A DNA stretch of 48,777 nucleotides from Bacteroidota bacterium (GCA_041175425.1 JBEDEY010000277.1:1-48777), one strand, 5' to 3'; positions 38,136 through 48,691 are shown, counted from the stretch's first letter. Made by a program: numbers and translations. Notes: generated by a model not told the origin, from the sequence alone.

Positions 38136-38167
38136 CAAAAGTAATAGAAAGATTGACGAAATACAAA
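38136..38167 (-). promoter_or_regulatory. Promoter of rimP-nusA-infB
   Basis: Minus strand TTTG (38167-38164), 20-nt spacer, TACTTTTG (38143-38136). Confidence 0.7.
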
Positions 38168-38308
38168 ATAGCGCATCATATCCTCCGAATTTTTGCTTAA
38201 ATTTAGTCCATTGCCCAGGAAAATTGACCGTGTAGACCAATTCGCTTTCAATTCTACCCGTCAAAAACAAAAAATCTTCTTTCTCTCTGTTTTATCAATT
38301 TAAGGTAA

Positions 38309-38316
38309 TATTTTTG
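38309..38316 (+). promoter_or_regulatory. -7 promoter element for the mre operon
   Basis: TATTTTTG 80 nt upstream of the mreB ATG. Confidence 0.45.
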
Positions 38317-38396
38317 TCGATTCTAGGGCAATAAATAGTACGCAAGGACTATCCTGACCGTCCATTACCGAGTTCAAAGCCAAAAAAAAATTAAGA

Positions 38397-39425
38397 ATGG
38401 GACTATTTGATTTTTTCTCAAGTGATATCGCCATTGATTTGGGTACCGCAAATACCTTGATCATCCACAAAGACAAGATTGTGGTGGACGAACCATCGAT
38501 CATTGCCATTGACAAAACGAACAATCGCGTTTTGGCCGTGGGAAGAGAGGCGATGAATATGCATGAGAAGACCCATGAAAACATTAAAACCATCCGTCCC
38601 TTGAAAGATGGGGTGATTGCAGACTTTTATGCTGCCGAGCAAATGATCCGTGGATTGATTAAAATGATCCCAGGACAGAAAAAAGGCATGTTCCCACAAT
38701 CTCACAAAATGGTAATTTGTATCCCTTCGGGCATCACTGAAGTGGAGAAACGAGCAGTTCGTGACTCTGCTGAGCACGCTGGCGCTAAAGAAGTATACAT
38801 GATTTACGAGCCGATTGCAGCAGCCATCGGTATTGGCATTGACATTGAAAAACCAATGGGCTCCATGATTGTGGATATTGGAGGGGGTACTACAGAAATT
38901 GCATTGATTGCCTTGTCTGGTATAGTTGCTGACCAGTCTATCCGTGTAGCTGGAGACACCTTCACGAAAGACATCTTGGATTACATGCGTAGACAGCACA
39001 ACCTATTGATTGGTGAGCGTTCTGCAGAAAAAGTAAAAATTGCCATTGGCTCTGCGCTTACCGAATTGGATGATGCTCCAGATGATTACGAAATTCGCGG
39101 TCGCGATTTGATGACGGGTATTCCAAAAGTGATCAAAGTATCCTACTCTGAAATTGCTTTTGCATTGGATAAATCGGTATCCAAAATTGAGGAAGCGGTT
39201 CTAAAAGCATTGGAAATCGCACCACCAGAATTGTCTGCAGATATTTACGACAACGGCATTCACCTTACGGGTGGCGGAGCCTTGTTGAAAGGGCTAGACA
39301 AGCGTCTGCACCAAAAAACCAAGCTTCCCATTCACATTGCAGACGATCCTTTAAGGGCTGTTGTGCGTGGTACTGGCACTGCGCTTAAAAACATTCAAAA
39401 CTTCCGAACCGTTCTGATGACCTAA
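38397..39425 (+). CDS. mreB: Rod shape-determining protein MreB
   Basis: IDLGTANT, RPLKDGVIADF, DIGGGTTE, LTGGGALL. Confidence 0.97.
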   Translation: MGLFDFFSSDIAIDLGTANTLIIHKDKIVVDEPSIIAIDKTNNRVLAVGREAMNMHEKTHENIKTIRPLKDGVIADFYAAEQMIRGLIKMIPGQKKGMFPQSHKMVICIPSGITEVEKRAVRDSAEHAGAKEVYMIYEPIAAAIGIGIDIEKPMGSMIVDIGGGTTEIALIALSGIVADQSIRVAGDTFTKDILDYMRRQHNLLIGERSAEKVKIAIGSALTELDDAPDDYEIRGRDLMTGIPKVIKVSYSEIAFALDKSVSKIEEAVLKALEIAPPELSADIYDNGIHLTGGGALLKGLDKRLHQKTKLPIHIADDPLRAVVRGTGTALKNIQNFRTVLMT

Positions 39426-39432
39426 TTTTTGA

Positions 39433-40272
39433 ATGCTACGCATCCTTCAGTTCCTTTACCGTGTAAGAGCATTTTTACTATTCGCATTTCTTGAATTTTT
39501 GGCGATCTGGATGATCGTCGCCAACAATTCCCCTCAGGGAGCGGCATTTTTCAATAGTTCGAATGAATTGGTGGGCAATGCGCTCAAAAAGCAGGCAGAC
39601 GTGGTTCAGTTTTTCTCACTCGCAGATGCCAACCTAGCACTTGTGGAGGAAAATGCGAGCCTGAAGCAGGAGCTGCTGAGGTTACAAGTCAAGCCAGATA
39701 GCATGCCTTTGGCAATTAATTCCACGCTAAAAGCAACATTTGAACTCAAAGGGGCGCGCGTAGTGGCCAATTCCTTGCGGTTTTCACAAAACTACTTGAC
39801 GCTTTACAAAGGTGCTAAGGATGGAATTAAACCTGGAATGGGTGTGTTTAACTCACAAGGTATCGTCGGTAGGGTCAAATCTGTTTCAGAGAATTATTCA
39901 GTAGCATTTTCAGTACTCAATACTAGCCTTCTCATTTCTGCCAAAATCAAATCCTCAGAGGTATTTGGTTCGGTGCAATGGGATGGTGGCAATACCTCCG
40001 AAGTACAGCTACTGTATGTTCCTCGGCATGTCAAAGCGACGAAAGGGGACACTGTAATCACTTCGGGCTTCAATGCAGTATTCCCAGAGGGCTTGCTCAT
40101 TGGACAAATTTCAAAGGTAGAAGTCAATAAAAAAGACCCCAATTACTTGGCCATTACTGTAAAACTGAGCACTGATTTTAGTAAATTAACCTATGTGTAT
40201 TTGGTGGAAAACACCCAGTTCCAAGAAATAGATTCGCTGTACCGCCAATCCGATTTGATCAATGAATATTAG
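39433..40272 (+). CDS. mreC: Rod shape-determining protein MreC
   Basis: TM plus coiled coil, GIVGRV, GDTVITSG, FPEGLLIG; synteny with mreB. Confidence 0.92.
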   Translation: MLRILQFLYRVRAFLLFAFLEFLAIWMIVANNSPQGAAFFNSSNELVGNALKKQADVVQFFSLADANLALVEENASLKQELLRLQVKPDSMPLAINSTLKATFELKGARVVANSLRFSQNYLTLYKGAKDGIKPGMGVFNSQGIVGRVKSVSENYSVAFSVLNTSLLISAKIKSSEVFGSVQWDGGNTSEVQLLYVPRHVKATKGDTVITSGFNAVFPEGLLIGQISKVEVNKKDPNYLAITVKLSTDFSKLTYVYLVENTQFQEIDSLYRQSDLINEY

Positions 40273-40783
40273 AAACCTGATATCCTATGGCTTCTTGATC
40301 CTAGTTTTAGGGTTGGTTCAGATTTTATTTCTAAAAAATCTAGCCGTCTTTGGGCATGCTTTTGGGTTTTTATACCTCCTTGGTTTATTGATTTTGCCGA
40401 GCACAATCCGAACCATCCCTTTGATGTTGATTGCATTTTGCCTTGGATTTATCTTGGATGTGTTCTTTGAAACGATTGGCATGCATACCGCAGCAGCTAC
40501 CCTATTTGCATTTTTAAAGCCCATTTGGCTCAAAGCAGCTAGCCCAACTGGGGGCTTTGATGAAGCTGAGGAGCCCAGCCTTGGGCAGATCGGGTTTGGA
40601 CGCTACATCAGCTATGCCTTTCCTCTCCTTTTTGTGTATGCGCTTGCCTTTTTTATTGCAGACCAATGGGGTACTGGAGGATTTTTTGGGGTCTTGAGCA
40701 AAAGCTTCTTTTCCGCGCTTTTCACCCTGATGCTGACCCTAGTGGTGCAGTTGCTGTTCTTTAGTCGTAAACGAGGCATCTGA
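40262..40783 (+). CDS. mreD: Rod shape-determining protein MreD
   Basis: Polytopic membrane protein with GFILDVF...GMHTAA, between mreC and mrdA. Confidence 0.85.
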   Translation: MNIRNLISYGFLILVLGLVQILFLKNLAVFGHAFGFLYLLGLLILPSTIRTIPLMLIAFCLGFILDVFFETIGMHTAAATLFAFLKPIWLKAASPTGGFDEAEEPSLGQIGFGRYISYAFPLLFVYALAFFIADQWGTGGFFGVLSKSFFSALFTLMLTLVVQLLFFSRKRGI

Positions 40784-42585
40784 TGAGAGACCAACGCCCA
40801 GCCGTCATCCTTTTAGTCATCTTTTTAGTGAGTGGAATCTTGCTTGTCAAGCTTTTTGCCATCCAAGTCCTGGATGATAGCTTCTTAAAGCGAGCAGAAA
40901 GTAATGCCATTCAACGAATCGTGGATCACCCCTACCGAGGATTAGTCTACGATCGTACTGGAAAATTGATGGTGTTCAACAACCCCATCTTCGACCTGAT
41001 GGTGGTCCCACGTGAATTTAATGTAGGCGATACTGCAAAATTCTGTGAACTGTTTCGAATTAGTAAAGAAGAGTTGATCACAAGCTACAACGCAGCCAAA
41101 TCCTACTCTAAAGTAAAACCCTCCCCTCTGATCAAGCAACTCTCTACCAAGGATTTTGCGCGGATCCAAGACTTTTTGGTTGACTACCCTGGCCTATTTA
41201 TTCTTACCCGATCTGTGCGATCTTATCCATCTGCCACCACTGCCCATGCCTTGGGGTACATTGGTGAGATTAGTGGTGGTCAACTGGAAAAGGATACGGC
41301 TGGGTATTATTCCCAAGGAGATTATGTAGGGCTGAGTGGGCTAGAAAAATACTATGAAAAAGAGCTGCGCGGAAAAAAAGGAGTGAAGTACAAAATGGTC
41401 AATGTCCGTGGGGTAGACAAGGGGCCGTTCAAAGAAGGGGAATACGATACCATTTCAATGGCAGGCCAAAACCTAACTTCAACGATTGACTTGGATCTTC
41501 AGCGGTACGGAGAAATGCTCATGAATGGCAAAACTGGATCTGTTGTGGCGATTGAACCAAAAACTGGTGAGATTTTGGCCATGATTTCAGCACCCTTTTA
41601 TGATCCAAACCAACTGACCGGTGCTGAGTTTGGCAAAACTTACAAAAAGCTAAACCAAGACAATTCCAAGCCCCTGTTCAATCGGCCAATCATGGCTACC
41701 TATCCTCCTGGATCCATCTTTAAGATTGTCCAAAGTTTGATTGGTCTTCAAGAAGGTGTGCTTACGCCAAATACAACCTTTGCTTGCAACAGATCTTTGG
41801 TGGCTTGTCACAACCACCCCAACCCAGTGAATTTATTTGGAGCCATCCGAAATTCTTGTAATCCCTATTACCACCAAGCATTTCGTCAAATCATCAACCG
41901 AGAGGTGTCCTCCAATACGTTCAAGGACACCGAGATTGGGTTAAATGCCTGGAGGGAAAAAGTACTGAAGTTTGGATTGGGTAGCCCCTTGGGGATGGAC
42001 ATGAGCGGGGAAAAGGGAGGAGATATTCCTTCAAGCAAACTCTACGATCGCATTTATGGCGCAGGGCATTGGAAATATTCCACCATCTATTCCCTATCAA
42101 TAGGACAAGGCGAGATGCAAGTGACCCCACTTCAGATGGCCAACCTTGCGGCTATTTTTGCCAATAAAGGCTATTATTACACCCCTCATTTGGTGAAAGC
42201 CATCGATGGGGATCCAAAGAAAATCCCTGCTAAATTCCAACAAAAAATTTCGGTAGGTGTGGATGCGCGGCACTTTGACCTGATTCAGGATGCCATGGCT
42301 GAAGCCATCTATGGTACAGCCGCTCGAGCAGTCATGACCGACCTAGTCATCGCTGGGAAAACAGGGACAGCACAAAATCCACATGGAGAAGATCACTCCG
42401 TCTTTGTGGCGTTTGCTCCGAAGGATAATCCAAAAATCGCCATTGCGGTCTATGTGGAAAATGCAGGATGGGGTGGAAGAGCAGCGGCAAGTACCGCTTC
42501 CTTGATGATCGAAAAATACATCCGCAGAACCATCTCGCGACCTGAACTTCAGGACTATGTAATCGCAGGTAATTTTATTTATTAA
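40783..42585 (+). CDS. mrdA: Penicillin-binding protein 2
   Basis: RGLVYDR, SxxK (GSIFK), SxN (SCN), KTG (GKTGTAQ). Confidence 0.93.
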   Translation: MRDQRPAVILLVIFLVSGILLVKLFAIQVLDDSFLKRAESNAIQRIVDHPYRGLVYDRTGKLMVFNNPIFDLMVVPREFNVGDTAKFCELFRISKEELITSYNAAKSYSKVKPSPLIKQLSTKDFARIQDFLVDYPGLFILTRSVRSYPSATTAHALGYIGEISGGQLEKDTAGYYSQGDYVGLSGLEKYYEKELRGKKGVKYKMVNVRGVDKGPFKEGEYDTISMAGQNLTSTIDLDLQRYGEMLMNGKTGSVVAIEPKTGEILAMISAPFYDPNQLTGAEFGKTYKKLNQDNSKPLFNRPIMATYPPGSIFKIVQSLIGLQEGVLTPNTTFACNRSLVACHNHPNPVNLFGAIRNSCNPYYHQAFRQIINREVSSNTFKDTEIGLNAWREKVLKFGLGSPLGMDMSGEKGGDIPSSKLYDRIYGAGHWKYSTIYSLSIGQGEMQVTPLQMANLAAIFANKGYYYTPHLVKAIDGDPKKIPAKFQQKISVGVDARHFDLIQDAMAEAIYGTAARAVMTDLVIAGKTGTAQNPHGEDHSVFVAFAPKDNPKIAIAVYVENAGWGGRAAASTASLMIEKYIRRTISRPELQDYVIAGNFIY

Positions 42586-43860
42586 ATGAAAGAATCAGAG
42601 GTTCAAATCAACCGAGTCGATTGGATCGCAGTATCCATCTACTTTGCATTGGTCGCCATAGGCTGGTTCAATATCTATGCGGTCGTTTACGATAGCCAGG
42701 TAGAAAAAAGCATCTTTGACCTAACCATCAGCTCAGGAAAACAGCTTGTATGGATTGGTACGGCTGTCGGTCTGATCACCTTAATTATGGTGGCTGATTA
42801 CCGCTTTTTTGAAAACCTTTCGCTGGTCATCTACCTCATCTTTCTCCTAATTCTAATCGTAACCCCAATTTTCGGAAAGGAGGTTAATGGACAGATCCTA
42901 TCCATTGGCGTTGGAGAATTCCGCATTCAACCTGGGGAATTTGCAAAATTTGCAACTGCTTTGGCCTTAGCCAAGGTCATGGAACGCCCTACTTTTGACC
43001 TGAGCAAGCGAAACTACCAAGCCATCGCCTTCGGTGTACTTCTGGTCCCAATCGCTTTGATCCTGTTGCAACCCGATACAGGTACCGCCATGGTGTACTT
43101 TTCTCTGCTCATCATGTTCTATAGAGAAGGTCTTCCTCAGTGGTATTATGCATTAGGTTTAGGATCTGTCGGCATCACCTTGCTTGCCTTGGGTGTTGAC
43201 AACAATCTGTACTTAGCGGCAATCATCGTCTTGGTGGTGGGCGGTTTGATTTACTTGGGCAAAAGGTCTTGGCAGCGCATCCTAGCCTTCTCCTTGATTG
43301 GCATCGGACTGATTGCGTACATCTATTCCATTGATTTTGTGGTATCCAAGCTCCCATCTCACCAGCAAAATCGAATCATGGTGCTCTTCAACCCAGACAT
43401 TGATCCACTAGGGGTAGGCTGGAATGTAACCCAATCCAAAATTGCAATTGGCTCTGGAGGATTTTTTGGAAAGGGCTACCTCGAAGGCACACAAACCAAG
43501 TTTGACTTCGTCCCCGAACAAGACACCGACTTTATCTTTTGTACCCTTGGAGAAGAATTTGGGTGGATGGGAAGTTTTGTAGTGATCAGCCTTTTCGCAG
43601 GCCTCTTGTACCGCCTAGTCATCATGGCAGAACGGCAAAAAACACGATTTTCTAGAATTTATGGCTACGGAGTAGTGTCCATTCTACTCTTTCACTTTAT
43701 GGTCAATATTGCGATGACCATCGGGCTCTTTCCAGTGGTAGGTATTCCGCTCCCCTTCTTCAGCTATGGGGGCTCCTCACTCTGGTCCTTTACGGTCTTA
43801 CTTTTTATCTTCATCAAGCTCGATTCTTCAAGAGCTACCCAATTGGGAAGAATAAGCTAA
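42586..43860 (+). CDS. rodA: Rod shape-determining protein RodA (SEDS family)
   Basis: IQPGEFAK, LQPDTGT, AIGSGG, PEQDTDFIF, GIPLPFFSYGGSS. Confidence 0.94.
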   Translation: MKESEVQINRVDWIAVSIYFALVAIGWFNIYAVVYDSQVEKSIFDLTISSGKQLVWIGTAVGLITLIMVADYRFFENLSLVIYLIFLLILIVTPIFGKEVNGQILSIGVGEFRIQPGEFAKFATALALAKVMERPTFDLSKRNYQAIAFGVLLVPIALILLQPDTGTAMVYFSLLIMFYREGLPQWYYALGLGSVGITLLALGVDNNLYLAAIIVLVVGGLIYLGKRSWQRILAFSLIGIGLIAYIYSIDFVVSKLPSHQQNRIMVLFNPDIDPLGVGWNVTQSKIAIGSGGFFGKGYLEGTQTKFDFVPEQDTDFIFCTLGEEFGWMGSFVVISLFAGLLYRLVIMAERQKTRFSRIYGYGVVSILLFHFMVNIAMTIGLFPVVGIPLPFFSYGGSSLWSFTVLLFIFIKLDSSRATQLGRIS

Positions 43861-43879
43861 CTATTAAGAGCCTACAGGG

Positions 43880-43927
43880 TTCAAAAAAAAGAGCGGTAAG
43901 AATTATCTTACCGCTCTTTTTTTTGAA
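43880..43927. terminator. Strong bidirectional terminator
   Basis: Perfect 22-bp arms TTCAAAAAAAAGAGCGGTAAGA-atta-TCTTACCGCTCTTTTTTTTGAA. Confidence 0.9.
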
Positions 43928-43933
43928 GGGAGC

Positions 43934-45040
43934 TTACCGAACAAACTTCCGATAGACTTGCTGCATAAACTCACGTACTTCTTCGGATTCAATGTCCCAG
44001 CCTAGCTCAACTACAAATCGCGCATTGATTAGGTCCACCGCTTCTTCAAAGGTATTCAACTCATCGATTGATTTTAACGCGTGACGAAGCAAGTCTGCAT
44101 TGCCATCAAACAATTCTTTGGTAAACATAAAGCGCTGATTAAGGGCAAGGCTTTCAGCCAGTTCACCCAAAATCCCCTTCATTCCCTTGTAGGTCTCTGT
44201 AGCAAACAAGGTCTTCAAGTGTACCGCATCTAGACCTTTTCCCGTAGCGGGAGTGGAGGCGATGGGGACTCTTTTTTCGGGTTTTGGTGTCGGTATGCTT
44301 TCCTCTGCTTCTTCAATTAGATTTTCCTCAACCTCCTCCAATTCGTAACGAGGGGATTCTTCGACCTCTTCAAACTCAGGCTCATGGGATGCTTCACTTT
44401 CCTCGATTTGGCTTGCTGGTTGACCCAAATACGTCTCCAAATCGAAACTCAAGGTTCCTTCCAAGGTAGCAAGAAGCTCTTTCGGAGTATCCAAACTCAC
44501 TTTAAGCGATTGAAAGCTGGCTAAAATTGCCTGCTGATAGCTTGCCAAGTCCAAGCCAATCCCAGCCTTATCAATTAGGCCTGTGACTAGCTTTTCATTC
44601 CATTTGAAGTACTTCTTATTTTCCTTCAAGTATTCATTGATCTTTCCTGTTGGAGCTTTTTCCAATTCTTTTTGGTAAAAGGAAAGTGGGTCCGTAGCTA
44701 CTTGGATTGCATCTTGGACCGCCTCTTGCAACATCCCTTGCAGGTGACGGCGCTCCACTTTGATCCGTCGGGAGAGCACATTCATAAACTGCGTAAGCGC
44801 CTCGTGAACTGCAATGTCACGGTAGTCAAAATAGGGGCTTGCCTTCAGCTTACCCAATTCCTCTTGCCACAATTCAAACAAGCGTTTGATAATGAAAAAA
44901 TTTACCTGAGCACTTGGAGTCAGCTGAATGATTTCTTGTCCCGTGATGAATTGTCTACTGCTAAAAAATTGATCACAAACCAATTCTGCATAGGTGGTGG
45001 CATATTTTTCTAAATAATTGCCGTTAATTTGAGCGGTCAT
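43934..45040 (-). CDS. Hypothetical protein: helical N-domain, acidic linker, small C-terminal domain
   Basis: 368-aa ORF with a Glu-rich linker and C-terminal LALNQRFMFTKELFDGN motif. Confidence 0.75.
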   Translation of the reverse strand: MTAQINGNYLEKYATTYAELVCDQFFSSRQFITGQEIIQLTPSAQVNFFIIKRLFELWQEELGKLKASPYFDYRDIAVHEALTQFMNVLSRRIKVERRHLQGMLQEAVQDAIQVATDPLSFYQKELEKAPTGKINEYLKENKKYFKWNEKLVTGLIDKAGIGLDLASYQQAILASFQSLKVSLDTPKELLATLEGTLSFDLETYLGQPASQIEESEASHEPEFEEVEESPRYELEEVEENLIEEAEESIPTPKPEKRVPIASTPATGKGLDAVHLKTLFATETYKGMKGILGELAESLALNQRFMFTKELFDGNADLLRHALKSIDELNTFEEAVDLINARFVVELGWDIESEEVREFMQQVYRKFVR

Positions 45041-45073
45041 AGGAAGGTATTGTTTTCAAAAACAAACAAAATA

Positions 45074-45400
45074 ATGGTCCGAATACGTATTCAAAATCTC
45101 GGAAATAGATCTATTGAATCAGAAACCACGGAACGTAAAGTTATCGAATTAATTCATGAAAATGGAATAGATTGGATGCATGCTTGTGGTAAAAAAGGAA
45201 GATGTACCACCTGTAAAATGAGTATTTTTGCGGGCCAAAAAAATTTAAGTCCAGAAACACCACAAGAACTCCAATTTAGAACCCTAAACAGACTACTTCC
45301 TACTGAGCGACTGGCCTGTCAAGCGCAAGTACTTCAAGGAGAAGTGACTATTCGAGTTCCTGAAACAAGTAAATTTCCCCATTTGACCTACACCGAATAA
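45074..45400 (+). CDS. 2Fe-2S ferredoxin
   Basis: [12 protein letters not shown]...RLACQ; start revised to the ATG at 45074. Confidence 0.85.
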   Translation: MVRIRIQNLGNRSIESETTERKVIELIHENGIDWMHACGKKGRCTTCKMSIFAGQKNLSPETPQELQFRTLNRLLPTERLACQAQVLQGEVTIRVPETSKFPHLTYTE

Positions 45401-45402
45401 GT

Positions 45403-45981
45403 ATGTTCATTGAACCCTCACCCATCAGTAGAAAACATGCCGAGCAGAAAGGTCAAATCGAAGTGATCTGCGGATCCATGTTTTCGGGGAAAACAGAAGA
45501 ATTGATCCGTAGGCTAACCCGAGCACGCCTCGCCAAGCAGCATGTGGAGATCTTCAAGCCTTCCATAGATACACGGTACCACGAAACGCATGTGGTTTCT
45601 CACAACGAAACAAGCATCCGGTCTACTCCGGTCAGCTTTGCAGGAGATATTCTATTACTTAGCGGCACCTGCGATGTAGTGGGGATTGATGAGGCCCAAT
45701 TTTTTGATGAGGAGATCGTTCGGGTAGTACAGCTTCTTGCCAACCAAGGGAAGCGGGTAATATTGGCCGGCTTAGACATGGACTTTGAAGGAAAGCCTTT
45801 TGATCCCATGCCCAAGCTTATGGCCATTGCGGAATACGTCACCAAGGTACATGCTATCTGCATGAAATGTGGAGATTTGGCGGCATTCTCTTACCGTCTT
45901 TCTGCTGCCAAGGAAAAAGTAATGCTCGGGGAAAAAGATAGTTATGAAGCACGATGCAGAAAGTGCTTTTATGAAGAATAG
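45403..45981 (+). CDS. tdk: Thymidine kinase
   Basis: [24 protein letters not shown], Zn motifs CMKC and CRKC. Confidence 0.95.
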   Translation: MFIEPSPISRKHAEQKGQIEVICGSMFSGKTEELIRRLTRARLAKQHVEIFKPSIDTRYHETHVVSHNETSIRSTPVSFAGDILLLSGTCDVVGIDEAQFFDEEIVRVVQLLANQGKRVILAGLDMDFEGKPFDPMPKLMAIAEYVTKVHAICMKCGDLAAFSYRLSAAKEKVMLGEKDSYEARCRKCFYEE

Positions 45982-45998
45982 CCTTAAGGGGAAAAGAA

Positions 45999-46688
45999 AT
46001 GCTTAAAAAAACGGCAGGGATCGTATTAAGCCATATCAAATACAAGGATAGCAGCATTATTGCGCGAATTTTCACCCGAGAACTTGGGCTAAAAGCCTAC
46101 CTCGTCAATGGGGTAAGAAGCTTGGGCAAAGGAAGTAAAATCGCGTTGTATCAGCCCCTCACCCTGCTGGATTTGGTCGTTTATGACAAGGAGAATTCTG
46201 GATTGCAGCGGATTTCTGAGGCAAAAATCAAGCATCCCCAGCGGCTTATCCCCTTTGATATGACCCGAACAAGTTTGGCCTTATTTAGTACAGAAGTCAT
46301 CAGTAGAAGCATTTTAGAGGGATACCAAAATGAAGAACTCTTTGACTTTTTGATGGAAAGCATCGCTACCTTGGATAGCCCAGAAACCAATTTATCCCAT
46401 TTTCCCCTCGTCTTCTTACTTGAAAATGCAAGGCATCTGGGATTTGCCCCAGAGCTAGGGGAAGGATTTTTGGTAGAAAGCATACACCATCCTTTTCGCC
46501 CAGAGGAGGTTCAACTTGTGCTTCCCTACCTCAAAGATCTTCTTGACCATACCTTCCACCCTACCACGACTTTGCCTCTCCCACTTCGGAGAAAACTCTT
46601 GGATCACTTGGTGGAATTTCATGCACAGCACCTTTCCCATCCCCACCCGCTCAAATCCCTGCCCATCATCCGACAGCTAATCGGCTGA
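45999..46688 (+). CDS. recO: DNA repair protein RecO
   Basis: KTAGIVL...YKDSSIIARIFTRELG, LYQPLTLLDL, LGFAP. Confidence 0.85.
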   Translation: MLKKTAGIVLSHIKYKDSSIIARIFTRELGLKAYLVNGVRSLGKGSKIALYQPLTLLDLVVYDKENSGLQRISEAKIKHPQRLIPFDMTRTSLALFSTEVISRSILEGYQNEELFDFLMESIATLDSPETNLSHFPLVFLLENARHLGFAPELGEGFLVESIHHPFRPEEVQLVLPYLKDLLDHTFHPTTTLPLPLRRKLLDHLVEFHAQHLSHPHPLKSLPIIRQLIG

Positions 46689-46726
46689 ATGCTAAAGATT
46701 GGCGTGGGAAGCCCAAAAAAGAAAAA

Positions 46727-46758
46727 TTTGTTTAATCCAACTTCAACAAGTAATATTG
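46727..46758 (+). promoter_or_regulatory. Probable rho promoter
   Basis: TTTG (46727-46730), 20-nt spacer, TAATATTG (46751-46758; one mismatch to TAnnTTTG). Confidence 0.45.
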
Positions 46759-46888
46759 CATTCAATACGTGAATAAAGCATTCGGCCCACTTTGGCTTGA
46801 ACTTTTCCTGCAGACCTTTTTCGCTCAGAAAATTATTCACCATCCCAAAACTACATTTTACCGATCCTAATTATTTCATCCCCTCTTT

Positions 46889-48691
46889 ATGTACAACATA
46901 GAAGAACTCAGAATCAGACTTTTATCTGAATTGAAGGAGATTGCTGAGGAACTTGGAGTGAAAAATTCCAAATCTTTGAAAAAAGATGAACTGGTGTATG
47001 CGATTCTTGACCAACAAGCAATCATCCCAGAACAAGCACTTCCCAAGAAAAAGCCCTCGGTAGTAGAATCAGGCACCATCGAAGAAGAAAAATCCGATCC
47101 CCCTGCACCTGCACCTGCACCTGCAGCCGCAACCACTTCCGAAGAACCTGCAGAATTCAAACCCAAATTCAGAAGACAAAATGTCACTGAAGTTCCAGCT
47201 GTAAGTTCCGAGGCTCCAGCTGAAGAAACTCAAGCCGTTCCTAGGGAGGAACGAACACCAAAACCTTTTGTAAAGCCCGCAAAGGAATTTACACCAAGAC
47301 CTGAACGAAGAGCGCCTCAAGGTGATTCTTCGGAAGAACCCAAAGCATTTAAGCCACGCAAGCGTGTGTTTGATGAGGAGCCAACCCAAGCAGCACCGCA
47401 AGAAGGTGGTGCAGAAGCAGCACAACAGCCTACCGAAGGGGAGGTAAATTACTACCGCGTAGAGGCGGAATTGCCGAGACGCAAAAATTTCAAATCTCCT
47501 GAAGATGCACACATTCCTGCGGCGGAAACCGTACCCGGTAATGCCCGCAAAAAACCATTTGTCAGCCCTAGAGAATTTGATGGGGTGATTGAAAATGAAG
47601 GGGTTTTGGAAATCGTGCAAGATGGCTATGCTTTCTTACGTTCCCTAGACTACAACTACCTCGCCTCTCCAGACGATATCTACGTTTCTCCAAGTCAAAT
47701 CAAACACTTCGGTTTGAAGACGGGTGACCATATCAAAGGGTCTATACGACCTCCTAAAGAAGGAGAAAAATACTTTGCCCTCCTCAAAATCACGACTGTA
47801 AATGGAAAAACCACAGACGAAATCAGAGACAGGGTTCCTTTTGAATACCTCACCCCTCTTTTCCCTGAGGAGCGCTTAAACCTGTCCACAAAAGCAGACG
47901 GCTATTCCACCCGTATTCTAGACTTGTTTGCCCCTATTGGAAAGGGACAGCGAGGAATGATCGTGGCACAACCGAAAACGGGTAAGACCGTACTTTTGCA
48001 GCAAATTGCCAATGCGATTACTCAAAACCATCCCGAGGTACACCTCATGATTCTTTTGATCGATGAACGTCCAGAGGAAGTAACTGACATGGCTCGATCT
48101 GTAAATGCAGAAGTGATCTCTTCTACCTTTGACGAGCAAGCAGAACGCCATGTCAAAGTAGCGAACATCGTGCTTGAAAAAGCAAAGCGAATGGTAGAAG
48201 TGGGCCACGACGTGGTCATCCTATTGGATTCCATCACTCGATTGGCTAGAGCACACAATACCGTGGTGCCTAGCTCAGGTAAAATCCTCTCTGGTGGTGT
48301 GGATGCAAATGCCCTTCACAAGCCAAAGCGTTTCTTTGGTGCAGCACGAAATGTAGAAAATGGTGGTTCCTTGACCATCATCGCAACAGCCTTGGTAGAA
48401 ACCGGTTCAAAAATGGACGAAGTAATCTTTGAAGAATTCAAAGGTACGGGCAACATGGAATTGGCTTTGGATCGTAAGCTGGCCAACCGTAGAATTTACC
48501 CTGCAATTGATGTCCTCAGCTCCGGAACACGTAGAGAAGATCTCTTGATGGATAAGGAAGAAATGCAGCGTGTCTGGATCCTTCGCAAGCTGATGAGCGA
48601 CATGACTTCCCAGGAGTCCATGGAGTTCTTACTTCAGCGCATGAAAGGTACCCGCGACAATGCAGAGTTCCTGATCAGCATGAACGGCTAA
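46889..48691 (+). CDS. rho: Transcription termination factor Rho with long N-terminal insertion
   Basis: Rho_[14 protein letters not shown]...[56 protein letters not shown]. Confidence 0.97.
   Translation: MYNIEELRIRLLSELKEIAEELGVKNSKSLKKDELVYAILDQQAIIPEQALPKKKPSVVESGTIEEEKSDPPAPAPAPAAATTSEEPAEFKPKFRRQNVTEVPAVSSEAPAEETQAVPREERTPKPFVKPAKEFTPRPERRAPQGDSSEEPKAFKPRKRVFDEEPTQAAPQEGGAEAAQQPTEGEVNYYRVEAELPRRKNFKSPEDAHIPAAETVPGNARKKPFVSPREFDGVIENEGVLEIVQDGYAFLRSLDYNYLASPDDIYVSPSQIKHFGLKTGDHIKGSIRPPKEGEKYFALLKITTVNGKTTDEIRDRVPFEYLTPLFPEERLNLSTKADGYSTRILDLFAPIGKGQRGMIVAQPKTGKTVLLQQIANAITQNHPEVHLMILLIDERPEEVTDMARSVNAEVISSTFDEQAERHVKVANIVLEKAKRMVEVGHDVVILLDSITRLARAHNTVVPSSGKILSGGVDANALHKPKRFFGAARNVENGGSLTIIATALVETGSKMDEVIFEEFKGTGNMELALDRKLANRRIYPAIDVLSSGTRREDLLMDKEEMQRVWILRKLMSDMTSQESMEFLLQRMKGTRDNAEFLISMNG
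47102..47125 (+). repeat. In-frame hexamer microsatellite (CCTGCA)x4 in rho
   Basis: Four perfect copies encoding PAPAPAPA. Confidence 0.85.

Noticed and set aside
38160-38396. Long rimP/mreB divergent spacer as a possible ncRNA or small ORF (38070-38270, 38300-38593)
   Set aside because: I saw no tRNA-like or stable structure. The ORFs overlap promoters or mreB antisense, and two divergent promoters explain the length.
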